From: Myxococcales bacterium
GTDB lineage: Bacteria; Myxococcota; Myxococcia; Myxococcales; Anaeromyxobacteraceae
Assembly: GCA_038320275.1 (NCBI GenBank)
Contig: JBBQEB010000077.1
Location: 1-16,985 of the forward strand
Reading direction: 5' to 3'
Length of the DNA: 16,985 bases
Position 1 is the stretch's first letter; every line of letters begins with the position of its first letter. The translations under genes were made by a program, and so were the position numbers. Below the pieces are notes generated by a model. The model was not told where the DNA came from. It did not search any database and saw nothing but the letters and a program-made list of their open reading frames with translations. Positions 16,082-16,985 of this stretch are shown here, piece by piece.

Positions 16082-16985
16082 CTCCCCCCTCCCGCTGGAC
16101 GGACCGCCTCGTCCGCGGTGGCGTGCACGAGCTGGCCCCCGCGCGCAAGCTCCCGCAAGGCGGCCACGGCCGCGGAGCGCGCCGAGACGGAGAGCGCGGA
16201 GAACACGTCGTCCACGAAGGCCACCTTCCCGGCGCCCTCCAGTGCCCGCTCCAGCGCAGCCAGCTTCAGGGCCAGGAAGACCAAGTCCTGCTCCGTCGGC
16301 GGCAGCTCGGCGGCGGCCCCGATCCGGCCGGTCGCCGCCGTCACCAGCGACGGGCCCATGGCCCCGCTCGACAGGGTCGTGAGCCGCCCACACGAGAGCA
16401 GGAGGAGCGCCGCCGAGGCGCGGGTGAGGAGTGCGGGCAGCCCTCCCGCCCCGCCCAGCCCGCCCAGCCCGCCCGGGCGCGCGAGGGCCTCGACGAGCTC
16501 ATCGACCGGCGAGAAGCCGCCCCCCGGGGCCGGCGCGCTCGCGGCGGCAGCGCCGTTTCCCTCCACCTGGAGGTGCTCCAGCTCCGCTTGCACCGCGCGT
16601 GGATCGCGAGCCCAGCCTGCCGCCAGCCGCGACTCCACCGTCCGCAGTTCCTCCTCCAGCCGCGCGCGCTCCGACGCGGGGCCGCGCAGCTCGGTGGCGA
16701 GGGACGCCAGGGCCACCCGCGCGTCCTCCACGGCCAGCCGCCGCGCGGCGAGCCGGTCGAGACCGGCGCTCAGCTCCGCGACGCTGGTGAGGCCTGCGGC
16801 CGTCAGGGCCTCCCGGACGGCGCCGGTCTCGCGGTCGAACGCCTCGCGCACCCTACTCTCCCGCTTGGCGTGGGCGAGGAGCTTGCGCTCGGTGCGCGCG
16901 CGCGCCTCCAGCGCGGAGATCCACGCCAGGGCGACCCAGGCGGAATAGCCGAAGGCCGGGATGTCGAGGAGGGCCGCGTAGCGCA
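16078..16985 (-). CDS. C-terminal part of a YhaN/SbcC/SMC-like coiled-coil protein with ABC-type C-terminal head; 5' end lies outside the window
   Basis: The frame stays open past the track start (16851) to the window edge: RYAALLDIPAFGYSAWVALAWISALEARARTERK.... It has a hydrophobic segment, a coiled coil, then LPPTEQDLVFLALKLA...AFVDDVF, resembling the signature helix and Walker B of YhaN/SbcC heads. Confidence 0.65.
   Translation of the reverse strand, partial: RYAALLDIPAFGYSAWVALAWISALEARARTERKLLAHAKRESRVREAFDRETGAVREALTAAGLTSVAELSAGLDRLAARRLAVEDARVALASLATELRGPASERARLEEELRTVESRLAAGWARDPRAVQAELEHLQVEGNGAAAASAPAPGGGFSPVDELVEALARPGGLGGLGGAGGLPALLTRASAALLLLSCGRLTTLSSGAMGPSLVTAATGRIGAAAELPPTEQDLVFLALKLAALERALEGAGKVAFVDDVFSALSVSARSAAVAALRELARGGQLVHATADEAVRPAGGGR

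Noticed and set aside
16852..16856. Apparent stop or pseudogenisation near the track start of the last ORF (TAG on the minus strand)
   Set aside because: The TAG is out of frame (codons read GAG AGT AGG GTG); the frame is open to the window edge.
13021..16948. Long plus-strand ORFs (13021..15669, 14703..16013, 15728..16948) and the upstream extensions of rsmI and yraN
   Set aside because: These are shadow or overlapping frames of well-supported minus-strand genes; the GTGA overlaps define better starts.

Overview
High-GC bacterial window, probably Myxococcota (Anaeromyxobacter-like), judged from gene content and order. It holds 14 supportable protein genes, 13 of them on the minus strand. 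Left: a flavoprotein redox operon (long acyl-CoA dehydrogenase, ETF:quinone oxidoreductase/FixC-FixX-type fusion, divergent EtfB, EtfA truncated by the window edge) preceded by a dodecin. Middle: biosynthetic arginine decarboxylase speA, divergent from an ABC exporter. Right: a housekeeping cluster (YhaN/SMC-like coiled-coil protein, yraN, rsmI, TPR-containing soluble lytic transglycosylase, HNH endonuclease, 88-aa probable RomX, RluD). No rRNA, tRNA, CRISPR array or transposase was seen. The most interesting signals are intergenic: a perfect FNR-type box overlapping a predicted -35 of the ACAD-ETF operon, an 11-bp palindrome found twice around the dodecin gene, a ~135-nt multi-hairpin element right after the HNH gene, and two candidate leaderless promoters. 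All calls come from motif reading and recall; no searches were run.
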